This document shows positions 1 to 9,636 of a DNA stretch of 64,000 nucleotides, in pieces. The translations under genes and the position numbers were made by a program. The notes beneath the pieces were generated by a model. It was given only the letters and a program-made list of their open reading frames with translations. It ran no database searches and was not told where the DNA came from. The DNA comes from Candidatus Eiseniibacteriota bacterium. Its GTDB lineage: Bacteria > Eisenbacteria > RBG-16-71-46. The stretch covers positions 480,001-544,000 of the forward strand of contig CAVUWA010000010.1 of NCBI GenBank assembly GCA_963744995.1, in the 5' to 3' direction. Each line of letters starts with the position of its first letter. The stretch's first letter is position 1.

Positions 1-767
1 GGCAGCGGGCCGATTTCGAGCGAGGCCTCGAGCGTCTCGCCCGGACCGAGCGCGCCGAGCCTGACCGACGCCGCCGGTCCCGCGCCGCTCGCCGTCATGG
101 TCACCGAGTCCGCGGCAAGCGCCTCGCGGCCGCCGTTGCTGACCCGTGCCGTGAGGCGCGCGAATCCATCCGGCGCCGGGCGCGCCGGATCGAGCGCCAG
201 CGAGCCGGGCTCCACCCGCACGTCGCGCGCGGGCTGGTTCGCACGCCCGGGCGAGGGCGGCGCCGCGCGGAAGTCCACGGCGTTGACGCCGGTGTTCGAG
301 TCGTCCGGAACCCGCGCCAGCGACATCCCCGAAGCGACGTCCTCCGCCGGCTCGCCGCAGAAGTACTCGTCGAACTCGAGATCGCCGAAGCCGAGCGTCT
401 CGACCGCGCCGTCCGGCCACACCAGCCGGATCGCGTCGGGCCCGTTCTGGATCGCGAGCGTGACCTGCACATCGGGCGGCGGCACGAGCGCCGCGCCGCC
501 GATCACGAAGCGGCCGCCGGCGCGGATCGTGTCGCCCGCGGCGCCCATCCAGCGCAGCGTCCAGCGGTCCGGTCCCGCGCCGTCCCCGGCCTCGAGCCGC
601 AGTCCTTCGAGCGCGACGTCCACGCCCCGCGGGTTCACCAGCTCGACGAATTCGTACCCGGTGTCGCCGCCGGCGGCGTCGTAGAGCACTTCGGCGATCA
701 TCGGCCGCGCCGCGGGCGGGCACGGCGCAGCGAGCAGGGCGGCGAGCGCCCACGCGAGCGGAAGCAC
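1..767 (-). CDS. Lamin-tail-domain secreted protein (partial, runs off left edge)
   Basis: Not in the ORF track; translated by hand from GTG 767: MLPLAWALAALLAAP...PMIAEVLYDAAGGDTGYEFVELVNP...IQNGPDAIRL...SLARVPDDSNTGVNAVDF..PSPG. This is a signal peptide followed by an LTD-like I.EV.YD...EFVEL.N motif. Confidence 0.75.
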   Translation of the reverse strand, partial: MLPLAWALAALLAAPCPPAARPMIAEVLYDAAGGDTGYEFVELVNPRGVDVALEGLRLEAGDGAGPDRWTLRWMGAAGDTIRAGGRFVIGGAALVPPPDVQVTLAIQNGPDAIRLVWPDGAVETLGFGDLEFDEYFCGEPAEDVASGMSLARVPDDSNTGVNAVDFRAAPPSPGRANQPARDVRVEPGSLALDPARPAPDGFARLTARVSNGGREALAADSVTMTASGAGPAASVRLGALGPGETLEASLEIGPL

Positions 768-1007
768 GGAAAGCGTCCTCGCGGGGGCGGGAACGGCTGC
801 GGGTCGGACGTCAGCACCGGCGACGGCGCGTCTACGGCGACGACGGCCGGCGCCCCGGTTCACACCCCGTACGATTCTCCCGGCCGGCTGCGGGCGCGTC
901 CGCGCCGCGACTTGCAGCGCGCGTGCGCCCGGTCGCCGCGCGAATCGCGCCGACGCACGGATGATCCTGCAGGAATCGCGCCGCGCGACCCCGGGCGGGT
1001 CGCGGCG

Positions 1008-3149
1008 CTACGGCAGGCCGCGTCGCCTGCGGCTCGCCCACTCGAGCGCGAGCAGGCCGACGATCAGCGCGAAGATCCACGGCGACTCCCAGAGTCGCGT
1101 GGACACCGTGCGCTGCTCGGCCAGCCGCCCGGTGGCGACGCGGCGCGCCCAGTCGGCGGCGCGTGCGACGGGCACGGCGTCGCCGCCCGCGGCCGCGGCC
1201 ATGGCGGCCAGCGTCGCGCTGTCGGCCCGGGTGCGGGCGACCTCGAGGCTCCAGCGATCGACGGCGAACGCCGCGCTCGCGCGTCCGGCGTCGCGGCCGC
1301 CGGCGGTAGCACGCGCCTCGACGCTGTAGCGGCCGGGCGCGAGGCCGTGCAGCTCGGCGACGTAGCTGCCCGCGGCGCGCGGCTGGAACGTCACGCGCCG
1401 CACCGCACCGGCGGGGCCCTTGAGCTCGCCGGTCACCTCGGCCCCGGCGACCGGCCGGAACTGCGCATCCTGAAGCGTGGCGAACAGCCGCGCGGTCTCG
1501 CCGCCCGCGGTCAGCCAGCGCTCGGGCCGCACGCGCAGCGGCTCCGCCTGCACCGGCTCGGCGAGCCAGCGCACGAACGTCCGCCACAGCCGCTGGCCGC
1601 GCTCGGCGCCCCGCTCGTCGTTGGGCGCGAGCGACCAGCGCCAGAGCCCGGTGCCGTTCACGATCATCGCCTGGCCGCGGCCCACGTGGCGCACCATCAC
1701 CAGCGGCGGGCCGCCGCCCAGCGCGCCGATCAGCACGCGGTCGCCCGCCGAGGGCTCGAGCGGCACCACGTCGCCGAGCGGCGCCGCGTCGCGCCACGCG
1801 CGCTCGCCGCGCGCGGCGTCGGTATCCCACGCGGTCAGCTCGCGCCCCGCCGGAGCGGGCTGCGGCGCGGCGTTCTTCACGATCGAGCGCGGATCGAGCT
1901 GGAAGCGCAGATCGGCGCCGAGCGCGCCCGCACGGTAGCGCGACACGCCGGGCAGCGGGCCGCCGAGCAGCATCACGCCGCCGCCCGCCCGGACGAAGCG
2001 CGCAAGCGCGGCGTCGAACGCCGGGTCGATCTGAAGCGGCGCGATCCCATCGAGGATCACCACCGATTGCCGCGCCACGTCGGCGGCGGTGGGCGCCCCG
2101 CGGGCGCGCCTGCCGTCGAGCGCCCGCCAGCCGCCCTCTTCACGGTGCCAGGTGACGACCTTGAGCCCCGAATCCGCGGCAAGCGCGCGGCGGATGAAGG
2201 CGACGTCCCAGTTGAGGCCGCCCGAGACGATCATCACGCCGAGCCGCCCGGGCGCGACCTCCATCGCCACCTCGCGCGCGTTGTTGCGGGTGGTGAGCTC
2301 GCCGGGCAGCGAATCGAGGACCGCGCTCCACACGGCGAGCCCCGGACGCGCCGGCGTCACCCGCAGCTCGGCAGTGGCCTCGGCGCCGCCGCCCGGGGCG
2401 GGCACGGTCGCGTGCGCGACCTCGCGCCCGCCGTCCATGAGCCGCACGCCGAGCGGGGTGCCGGCAGGCTCGCTCGAGGTGATGCGCACGCGCACCGGCG
2501 TCGCTTCGCCGACGCGCGCGGTCGGCGAGGCGTCGATGCCGGCGACGGCACGGTCCGCACCCCCCGCGCCCCCGACGATCAGCGCGTGCACCGGCATGCC
2601 GAGCGCGCGCGCCGCGCGCACCGGATCGGCGCCGGCGTTCACCACGCCGTCGCTCACCACCACGACGCCGCTCGCTTCGCGCCCGGCCTCGGTGCCGGCG
2701 AGCGCGCCCAGTGCATCGCCGAGCGCGGTGGCATCGTGCCCGGCCCCCGAGCTGTCGGCATCGAGCCCGCTCGAGAACGGCACGGCCTCGACACTCGCCC
2801 GGCCGCGCAGCCCCGCGCGCAGCGCTTCCACGGCGCGCTCGGCGGCCGCGGCGCGGGTGCCGGCGCCCGGGGCTTCGGGCAGGTCCATGCTGGTCGAGCG
2901 GTCGACCAGCGCGACGATCCGCGTCCGCCCGCCGCCGGCGGCGCGCACCCAGACCGGCTGCGCCAGCAGCCAGACGAGCAGCAGCAGCGACACGATGCGC
3001 GCCGCCGACAGCGCGCGCCTGACCCAAGCGGCAACCGGGGGGGCGACGAATGCGTAGGCCCAGGCACCGAGGAAGAGCACGCCGGCGCTCAGGAGCGCCA
3101 GCCACCACCAGGGCGCGTTGGGGGCGAGGTGAAGCGCGAAGTCGGTCAC
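1008..3149 (-). CDS. Membrane protein with vWA domain and class I glutamine-amidotransferase-like domain
   Basis: N-terminal TM pair; vWA DxSxS motif (LVDRSTSM) and VVVSDG; GATase-like segment (VRAGGGVMLLGG, GLWRW); C-terminal LEWASRRRRGL tail. Confidence 0.75.
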   Translation of the reverse strand: MTDFALHLAPNAPWWWLALLSAGVLFLGAWAYAFVAPPVAAWVRRALSAARIVSLLLLVWLLAQPVWVRAAGGGRTRIVALVDRSTSMDLPEAPGAGTRAAAAERAVEALRAGLRGRASVEAVPFSSGLDADSSGAGHDATALGDALGALAGTEAGREASGVVVVSDGVVNAGADPVRAARALGMPVHALIVGGAGGADRAVAGIDASPTARVGEATPVRVRITSSEPAGTPLGVRLMDGGREVAHATVPAPGGGAEATAELRVTPARPGLAVWSAVLDSLPGELTTRNNAREVAMEVAPGRLGVMIVSGGLNWDVAFIRRALAADSGLKVVTWHREEGGWRALDGRRARGAPTAADVARQSVVILDGIAPLQIDPAFDAALARFVRAGGGVMLLGGPLPGVSRYRAGALGADLRFQLDPRSIVKNAAPQPAPAGRELTAWDTDAARGERAWRDAAPLGDVVPLEPSAGDRVLIGALGGGPPLVMVRHVGRGQAMIVNGTGLWRWSLAPNDERGAERGQRLWRTFVRWLAEPVQAEPLRVRPERWLTAGGETARLFATLQDAQFRPVAGAEVTGELKGPAGAVRRVTFQPRAAGSYVAELHGLAPGRYSVEARATAGGRDAGRASAAFAVDRWSLEVARTRADSATLAAMAAAAGGDAVPVARAADWARRVATGRLAEQRTVSTRLWESPWIFALIVGLLALEWASRRRRGLP

Positions 3150-3314
3150 GGGAGGGTCGGTGGACCCACGCGAAAGTGCGGGGTCCGTGGAGGTTATCCG
3201 GGCGGCTCTCGATGCCGCAACACGAAACGGGTCAATCCGTTGTCAACCTTTCCCGTGCGGCGATGATCTGACTTTTCCGGGCGCGCGATTGCAGGCAGGC
3301 TGCGTGCAGCCGAA

Positions 3315-3330
3315 GGGACGGTCCCGTCCC
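3315..3330. promoter_or_regulatory. Candidate TetR operator (7-2-7 palindrome)
   Basis: GGGACGG-TC-CCGTCCC, about 35 bp upstream of the TetR start codon. Confidence 0.35.
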
Positions 3331-3364
3331 CTCACGACGATCGTTCGACCGGGCGGAGCGACAC

Positions 3365-4015
3365 ATGATCGACAGGCGCAACGGAGTCCGCGAGAGGATC
3401 CTCGAGACGACCAACCGGCTGCTCGCCCGCTATGGCTACAAACGCATGACCATGGCCGAGCTCGCGCGCGAGTCGGGGGTCGGCAAGGGCACGCTGTACC
3501 TCTACTTCAGCAGCAAGCAGGAGGTCGCGCTGTCCTCGATCGATCGACTGGTCGAGCAGCTCGCCGACCGCCTGCGCGAGATCGCCGCGGAGTCGCGCCC
3601 GGTCACCGCACGGCTCGAAGCCATGCTGCTCGCCCGCGTGATGTTCCGCTTCGACCGCCTGCATCAGGACTCGCAGAGCCTCGATGAGCTGTTCGCCGCC
3701 GTGCGCCCCGCATTTCTCGGCCGGCGCCAGCGCTATTTCAATCTCGAAGCGGAGATCTTCGCGCGCGTCCTCAGCGAGGGCCGCGCCCACGGGCTGCTGG
3801 TGGTGGACGATCCGCTCGAAACCGCGCGCACGCTGCTGCTGGCGACGAACGCGCTGCTGCCCTACAGCTTGAGCCCGCGCGAGCTCGGCCATCGCGAGTC
3901 CATTCGCGCCGATGCCAGCCGGGTCGCCGGTCTGATGATCCGCGGCCTCACCCGCCCCGCGGAGCCCGCGCGCGGGCGTGCGGCGGCGGCCGAAGGCAGG
4001 GGCCCGCTCCGCTAG
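3365..4015 (+). CDS. TetR/AcrR family transcriptional regulator
   Basis: N-terminal HTH: RERILE...GYKRMTMAELARESGVGKGTLYLYFSSKQE. Confidence 0.92.
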   Translation: MIDRRNGVRERILETTNRLLARYGYKRMTMAELARESGVGKGTLYLYFSSKQEVALSSIDRLVEQLADRLREIAAESRPVTARLEAMLLARVMFRFDRLHQDSQSLDELFAAVRPAFLGRRQRYFNLEAEIFARVLSEGRAHGLLVVDDPLETARTLLLATNALLPYSLSPRELGHRESIRADASRVAGLMIRGLTRPAEPARGRAAAAEGRGPLR

Positions 4016-4042
4016 AGACGGCGCCGGGGCGCGCCGCGGCGC

Positions 4043-4573
4043 TCAGGACACCGGTCGCGTCTGGTCGGCGATGCGCAGGCCCTCGAGGATCAGCCGATCG
4101 AGGTCGAGGTCGAGCTGCACGTCCTCGCCCTCCGCACGCTCGCCGGGCTGGAAGCGAAAGCGCCCACGCCGCCAGAGCAGCAGTCCGTAGACGATCCGCC
4201 TGAGCACTTCGCGCACCGCATCCTGCACCTCGCCGACGGTGACCTTGCCCAGCGAGACCAGCACCAGCCCGAGCCGCCAGCCCTCCTGACCGTGCTCGCT
4301 GGAGGCCGCGCGCTGCTCCTCGAGCGCCATCTCGAGGTCCTCCTGCGTGATCGCCCCGTGGTGGACGAGCACCTGCCCGACCCGCACCGAGCCGCCGTCG
4401 GTGCGCGCGAACACGGGGCGGCCGCGCTCGAAGAACAGGACGGCGCGCTCGCGCTCGCGCTCCAGCAGCAGCACGCCGGTCGCCTGCGACAACTGCATCA
4501 GCTGCAGCAGCTCGGGGGGATGGAAGTGTTCGAGGTCCCCCTCGAGCGCCGGGCCGGTCAACTCGCGTCCCAT
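4043..4573 (-). CDS. DUF4388 (PATAN-like) domain protein
   Basis: C-terminal part of track ORF 4043..6022; plausible start ATG 4573. LEGDLEHFHPPELLQLMQ...TGVL...FERGRPV, an MshEN-like segment (RVGQVLV...RLGLVLV), then WRRGRFRF and LILEGLR. Confidence 0.8.
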   Translation of the reverse strand: MGRELTGPALEGDLEHFHPPELLQLMQLSQATGVLLLERERERAVLFFERGRPVFARTDGGSVRVGQVLVHHGAITQEDLEMALEEQRAASSEHGQEGWRLGLVLVSLGKVTVGEVQDAVREVLRRIVYGLLLWRRGRFRFQPGERAEGEDVQLDLDLDRLILEGLRIADQTRPVS

Positions 4574-5472
4574 CGCACGTCTCCGACGACGCGGCCCCGG
4601 GCACGCGCTTCGCCGCGCATGACCTTGAGGTTGTACCAGCCCATGACGAGCGCCTGCGCGACGGTCAGGGCGAACAGCACGCCGAGCGCGACCTCGGTGA
4701 GCGGGAGGAGCCGCGCGCCGAGATCTCCGCCCCGCCAGGTGAGCAGCACGATCAGCCCGATCAGCGTCGCCATCACGACGCCCGTGAAGCGGCCGAAGTG
4801 GGTCGGCGCGATCCGCACCGGCCCCACGAACACGTAGAGCGCGGTGCCGCCCACCAGCAGCATGCCGTAGCGCAGCGCGGCGAGCACGAACACCCAGACC
4901 GGCAGCAGCCCGGCCGCCATCAGCCCGCCCGCGAGCGACAGGTTGAACACGATGTCCACGATCGGGTCGAGAATCGTGCCGAGTCTCGTGGTCTGGTTCC
5001 AGCGTCGCGCGCTCCAGCCGTCGAGGACGTCCGAGACGGCCGCGACCAGGAACATCCAGAGGGCGAGGCCGAAACGCTGCTCGACCAGCATCAGCGTGAT
5101 GCCCGGGACGAGCGAGATGCGCAGCAGCGTGAGCACGGTGGGCACGTTGATCGCCGACAGGCGGTGGCCCCGGCGATCGCGCAGCAGGCCGACCGAGAGC
5201 GTCACCAGCGTGAACGTGATGAGGATCCCCAGCACGGTGTGGCCGAAGAAGTCGTAGGCCAGCGCGCGGTCGTGATCGAGCAGCAGCGCGGCCGCGCCCA
5301 GGAACGTGGCGACGATGAAGCCCAGGGCGACGCTCCAGATCGAGCGCACCGCCGAGGGCTGATTCACCATGTCCTCGCGCACGCGCCGCGCGACGTTCAG
5401 CGCATACCGGAACAGCGCCCGCGGGTGGAAACGCGCGGCGCGCAGCTCCAGCAGATACTCTTCGAAGAACAC
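4558..5472 (-). CDS. CDP-alcohol phosphatidyltransferase (PgsA-like) with N-terminal membrane extension
   Basis: NVPTVLTLLR and the signature DVLDGWSARRWNQTTRLGTILDPIVD. Start chosen at GTG 5472 because AGGAGG lies upstream. Confidence 0.85.
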   Translation of the reverse strand: MFFEEYLLELRAARFHPRALFRYALNVARRVREDMVNQPSAVRSIWSVALGFIVATFLGAAALLLDHDRALAYDFFGHTVLGILITFTLVTLSVGLLRDRRGHRLSAINVPTVLTLLRISLVPGITLMLVEQRFGLALWMFLVAAVSDVLDGWSARRWNQTTRLGTILDPIVDIVFNLSLAGGLMAAGLLPVWVFVLAALRYGMLLVGGTALYVFVGPVRIAPTHFGRFTGVVMATLIGLIVLLTWRGGDLGARLLPLTEVALGVLFALTVAQALVMGWYNLKVMRGEARARGRVVGDVRWDAS

Positions 5473-5702
5473 TGCGGCCTCCTGAATCGATGGGACGGGC
5501 AGCATAAATCGCACTCGGGCCGCCGCCAAGTTCTCCGGAGGGGCGCATGCCGGGAGACGGCGCCGGCGGCGTCCTGCTTCCTCCGCGGCTCGCCCGCCCG
5601 GCTTCTTGCCCGACCCGTCGGGGCGCGCGGCGGCGGCGACCGCGCACGGCGCCGTCCCCCGGAGCCACGTGCCGGGGGCGATGTGATAGCGTCACGGGCT
5701 CC

Positions 5703-6374
5703 ATGAGCGCCCGTTCCGCTTCCTCACGCCGCCGCCGGCGCACCGTTCCGTCCGCGCCGCCCGCCGGCCGGCGCCTGCTGCCGCTCGCGCTCGCGGCGCT
5801 GGCCGGGTTCGCGATCGGGGCGTGGGCCTGGTGGCACACGCGCCCCGCGGAGGCGCCGGCCGTGCCGAGGACGGCGCCCACGGGTCCCGCCGCCCGCCTC
5901 GGACTCGCCGAGGCCAACGCGGAGGCCGTCCGGCTCGTCGGTGCGGGGCGCGCGCTCGAGAGCCTGCCGTACTTCCGCCGCGAGCTGGCGCTCCTGGCGC
6001 CGGACGTCTGGGCCGCGCACAAGGACTACGCCTCGGCGCTCCACAACGCGGCGGCCGAGAGCGGTGCCGAGGCGCCGGCGACCCGCTCGAGCTTCGAGCG
6101 CATGGCGTTGATCGAAACGTCGCTCGCCGAGCTCGACCACGCAGCGACCTTGACCGATGTCCCGGCCGAGCGCGCGGCGCTGCTCATGGACCGTGCGCAC
6201 ACGCTCTGGTTCTGGGGCCTGCCGTGGGACGCCGAGCAGACGCTCGAGCGCGCGGCGGCGCTGCCGGGCGCCCCCGCGTCGGCGGCACGGCGGGCACGGC
6301 TGATGCGCGCGGTGATCGAACATCCCGCGGCGCCCGGCCGCGCGGGCGCGCTCGCAGCGGGGAGCCGCGGGTGA
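5703..6374 (+). CDS. Hypothetical membrane-anchored TPR-like protein, RSSFER/WGxPWDA paralogue 1
   Basis: Basic N-terminus plus TM helix; ESLPYF...RSSFER...FWGLPWDA; stop overlaps the next gene's GTG. Confidence 0.65.
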   Translation: MSARSASSRRRRRTVPSAPPAGRRLLPLALAALAGFAIGAWAWWHTRPAEAPAVPRTAPTGPAARLGLAEANAEAVRLVGAGRALESLPYFRRELALLAPDVWAAHKDYASALHNAAAESGAEAPATRSSFERMALIETSLAELDHAATLTDVPAERAALLMDRAHTLWFWGLPWDAEQTLERAAALPGAPASAARRARLMRAVIEHPAAPGRAGALAAGSRG

Positions 6375-8446
6375 GGCGGGGCCTCGCCCTCGCGGCGACG
6401 GCGGCGGTGCTGGGCGCGGCGTGGTGCGCCGGCGGCTGCGCCGGCCACGGCACGCCCGCGGCCGATTTCGATCCGGACACGATCCCGGACGCCTACGCGC
6501 AACCCTCGGGTGCGCTCATGTGGCCCGGGGCCACGCGCGCGTTCCGCGTGACGCCGGCGGGCGATCTCGAGAACGGCGCGTGGATCGTACGGGTGATTCC
6601 CGTCGCCGGTGCCGATACGGCGGGGCCGCCGCGCGTGATCGCGGCCGAGAACCGCTGGCGGCCCGTGCTGCGCTGGAACCGCAGGGGCGGCGGCGTCACC
6701 TGGCGCTTCGAAGCGGTCGCCCTGCCCGAACCCGCGCCCGCGGACAGCGGCGTGTGCGTGTCGCTCGACGTGCGCGCGCTCGCGGACGGCGGCGGCGAGA
6801 CGCCGGCGACCGTCGCGTTCGTGCTGGAGCGGCGCACGCCCGGTTCAGGGTTCGCCGCATTCGACGCGCAGCCGGACGCGCCGCTCCAGTTCGGCACGAT
6901 CGGCTCGCGTGGCACCGTGCTCGGCTGGGGCCCGGGCGACATCGCCGGGCCCGCCCTGACGTTCACGCTCACCGCGACCCGCGACGGCGAAGAGCACGCC
7001 CGCGTCGTGCTGCCCGCCTACCCGGCCCCCGCGTCGGTGCTGGCGGACTGGGCGCGACCGCCGCACGAAGAGCGGGTCACCCAGGCGCGCCGGCACTGGG
7101 ACCGCACGCTCGCGCAGGGCACGCGTTTCGAGCTCGGCGATCCAGAAGTCGAGAACGCGCTGCGCGCGGCCGAGGTCGTGCTGCTCTCGCTGCGTGAGCG
7201 GCGCGGTCCGCTGTGGGTGCCGATCGGCGGCCCGTTCCACTACCGCGACGTGTGGCTGCGTGACGGCGCGCGTGCGGTGTCCGCGCTGGCGGTCGCCGGA
7301 TTCACGCAGGTCTCGCGCGACCTCGCGCGCGGTCTCGCGGCGTACCAGTGGCCGAACGGCGCGTTCCTCTCGCAGCGCGGCCAGCTCGACGGCACGGGCC
7401 AGGCGCTGTGGGCGTTCGAGCAGGCGATGCTGCGTCCGGCGCCCGCGGATTCGGTGGGGCGCTACGCCGATGCCGCGGTGCGCGCCTGTGCGTGGGTCGA
7501 GTGGATGCGCGGGCTCGGCAAGCAGACCGGGTGGCCCTACGGCGACATGATGCCGTTCGGCGATCCGCGCGACGCCGAGCTGATCCGCGCCCAGCTCACC
7601 GGCAACGACGCGTGGTCGATCGCCGGCTACCGCGCGGCCGCGCGCCTGCTCGCCGCGGCCGGCAGGAATGCCGATGCGGAGAGTCTCCAGGCGGCGCGCA
7701 CCCGCTACGTCACCGACTTCGAACGCGACCTCGAGCAGCGCGGTGCCGCCGACGTGCCGCCCGCGTGGCAGGAAGGCGGCCGCGACTGGGGTAACCTCTC
7801 GGTCGCATGGCCGACCGGCGCGCTCGGCGTGATGGACCCGCGCGTCGAACGCATGGCGCGCCGCGTGTGGGCGAAGGCCGGCGGCGCGGGGCTCGTGTCC
7901 TACGGTCCCGCGGACTCCGCGCACTATTACCTCGGCGTCGATCTCGGCGTCTGGGCGTTGCTCGCCGGGCACCGCGCCGCGGCGGACAGCGTGCTCGACG
8001 CGATGCTCCACTGGCGCTCGGCGAGCGGCACCGCGGGCGAGATCTTCTCGCGCAGCTCGCGCGACTACGGCGCAAACCTGACGCCGCACCCGACCAGCGC
8101 CGCCGCGCTGATCACGCTGGTGCGCAACGCGTTGATCGAAGACGAGAGCGACACGCTGCGTCTCACGCTCGGCGCGCGGCCCGGCTGGTGGCGCGGCGCG
8201 CGAGTGCAGAACGCGCCGACCCGGTTCGGCACGGTCGACCTGCGCTTCGAGTCGGACGGCGCGCACGCGAAGTGGAACTGGAGCGCCGTGCCGGTGTGGA
8301 CCGCACTCACGCTGCCGCCGGGCAAGGCCGTCGCCGGCGCGCTGCCCGAGGGATTCGTCGCCGGCGAGCGCGCCGACGTCGTGCTCGCGCCGCCGGGAAC
8401 GAAGTCGGCGGAGCTCGAGATCGGAGACGCGGAGGCGGCCCCTTGA
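6371..8446 (+). CDS. Lipoprotein with six-hairpin (alpha/alpha)6 glycosidase-like domain
   Basis: GTG 6371; lipobox-like AWCAGGC; HYRDVWLRDGA motif, QWPNGAF...QLDGTGQALW and C-terminal APTRFGTVDLRF, all typical of GH15/GH63/GH65-like folds. Confidence 0.75.
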   Translation: MRRGLALAATAAVLGAAWCAGGCAGHGTPAADFDPDTIPDAYAQPSGALMWPGATRAFRVTPAGDLENGAWIVRVIPVAGADTAGPPRVIAAENRWRPVLRWNRRGGGVTWRFEAVALPEPAPADSGVCVSLDVRALADGGGETPATVAFVLERRTPGSGFAAFDAQPDAPLQFGTIGSRGTVLGWGPGDIAGPALTFTLTATRDGEEHARVVLPAYPAPASVLADWARPPHEERVTQARRHWDRTLAQGTRFELGDPEVENALRAAEVVLLSLRERRGPLWVPIGGPFHYRDVWLRDGARAVSALAVAGFTQVSRDLARGLAAYQWPNGAFLSQRGQLDGTGQALWAFEQAMLRPAPADSVGRYADAAVRACAWVEWMRGLGKQTGWPYGDMMPFGDPRDAELIRAQLTGNDAWSIAGYRAAARLLAAAGRNADAESLQAARTRYVTDFERDLEQRGAADVPPAWQEGGRDWGNLSVAWPTGALGVMDPRVERMARRVWAKAGGAGLVSYGPADSAHYYLGVDLGVWALLAGHRAAADSVLDAMLHWRSASGTAGEIFSRSSRDYGANLTPHPTSAAALITLVRNALIEDESDTLRLTLGARPGWWRGARVQNAPTRFGTVDLRFESDGAHAKWNWSAVPVWTALTLPPGKAVAGALPEGFVAGERADVVLAPPGTKSAELEIGDAEAAP

Positions 8447-8905
8447 GCCGTCGACGGGCTGGCCGGCGCAGGCCTGGCCGCGGCGCGGACCTGGTGCGCG
8501 GCGGGCGCTGTGTCGAGGGGCTGCCCTGCCTGCGGTTCGCAGCGGCCTCGGAGCGGGCGCCATGGTTCGTGCACTTCGATGGCGCGCGAACCCTGCACCA
8601 GGTGGCGGCGCTGCCCTGGAATGCCGATCATCCCCGCGCCGCACCACGCAGCAGTTTCGAGAGGATCATGCTGATGAAGCAGTCGCTCGAGGCGTCCGGC
8701 ACGGCACGGCGCCTCGCCCCCGGGGACGATGCGCGGGCCGGGCTGGCCTGGGCCCGCGGACGGATCATGAACATGTGGGGCATGCCATGGGATGCGCTCC
8801 GGGGCATTTCGCAGCGCGGCAGCGGCCGATCCGGCCGGCGCGGCGGACGCGGAGCGCTACGCCGTTTCGCTCCGGGATCCCGGCGGCAGCGGGCAGCTGT
8901 GGTGA
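8443..8905 (+). pseudogene. RSSFER/WGxPWDA paralogue 2, N-truncated and apparently frameshifted
   Basis: From TTG 8443: EGLPCL...RSSFER...MWGMPWDALR. Removing one G from GGGG (8801-8804) restores AFRSAAAADPAGAADAERYAVSLRDP..W* (stop 8905), which matches the C-terminus of paralogue 3. Confidence 0.55.
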
Positions 8906-8933
8906 CGGCGCAGCGCGGCGTGGGTCCGCGACG

Positions 8934-9611
8934 GTGAGCGCGAAGCGCGATCGGAAGCGCGCCGCACGGCGCGCGGCGGCGCCGCCCCGCGGGTCGGCGC
9001 CGCGCCCGGTCCGGCCGCTGCCATGGATCTTCGCGCTCCTCGCCGGCGCGCTGCTCGCGGGCGCGTGGTGGGCGACCCATCGCGCGGCGGCCCCGGTCCA
9101 CGGCCCGGCGACGGCGCCGGTCGCCGACGCCCCGTGGGGACCCGTGCCGCCCGCGATGGGGCCGGTCGAGGCGTACGCCAAAGGTGCGGCGCTCGCGGAC
9201 AGCGGCCACGCCTGGCAGAGCCTCCCGTTTCTGCACCGTTCGGTCTCCGCGCCGGGCGCACCGTGGCAGGCGTGGCGCGCCTACGGCTCGGCGCTGTTCA
9301 ACGCCTCGATGAGCGCCGCTCCCGATCCGCTGGCGGACCCTGCGCCCGGGCCGCGTTCCAGCTTCGAACGTGTCGCCCTCATGCGCCAGGCGCTCGCACG
9401 GATCGAGCGCGCCGCGGATCTCGCCGGCAAGCCCGCCGACCATGCGCTCGCGCAGCTCACGCGCGGACAGTTCCTGCGCACCTGGGGGTTCCCCTGGGAC
9501 GCGCTGCACGAGTTCCACCAGGCCGGCGAGATCGACCCCGCGTGGCGCGATCAGGGGCTGCTCTACGCGACGATGATGCGCGATCCGCTGCGTCCCGAGC
9601 CACGGCCCTGA
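8934..9611 (+). CDS. Hypothetical membrane-anchored TPR-like protein, RSSFER/WGxPWDA paralogue 3
   Basis: GTG 8934; basic N-terminus plus TM (LPWIFALLAGALLAGAWW); QSLPFL...RSSFER...TWGFPWDA. Confidence 0.65.
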   Translation: MSAKRDRKRAARRAAAPPRGSAPRPVRPLPWIFALLAGALLAGAWWATHRAAAPVHGPATAPVADAPWGPVPPAMGPVEAYAKGAALADSGHAWQSLPFLHRSVSAPGAPWQAWRAYGSALFNASMSAAPDPLADPAPGPRSSFERVALMRQALARIERAADLAGKPADHALAQLTRGQFLRTWGFPWDALHEFHQAGEIDPAWRDQGLLYATMMRDPLRPEPRP

Positions 9612-9636
9612 ACGCGCACGCGATGCGCGCCGCGCG

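Noticed and set aside
4043..6022. 659-aa ORF read as a single protein
   Set aside because: Only the last 176 codons look protein-like; the rest overlaps real genes in other frames.
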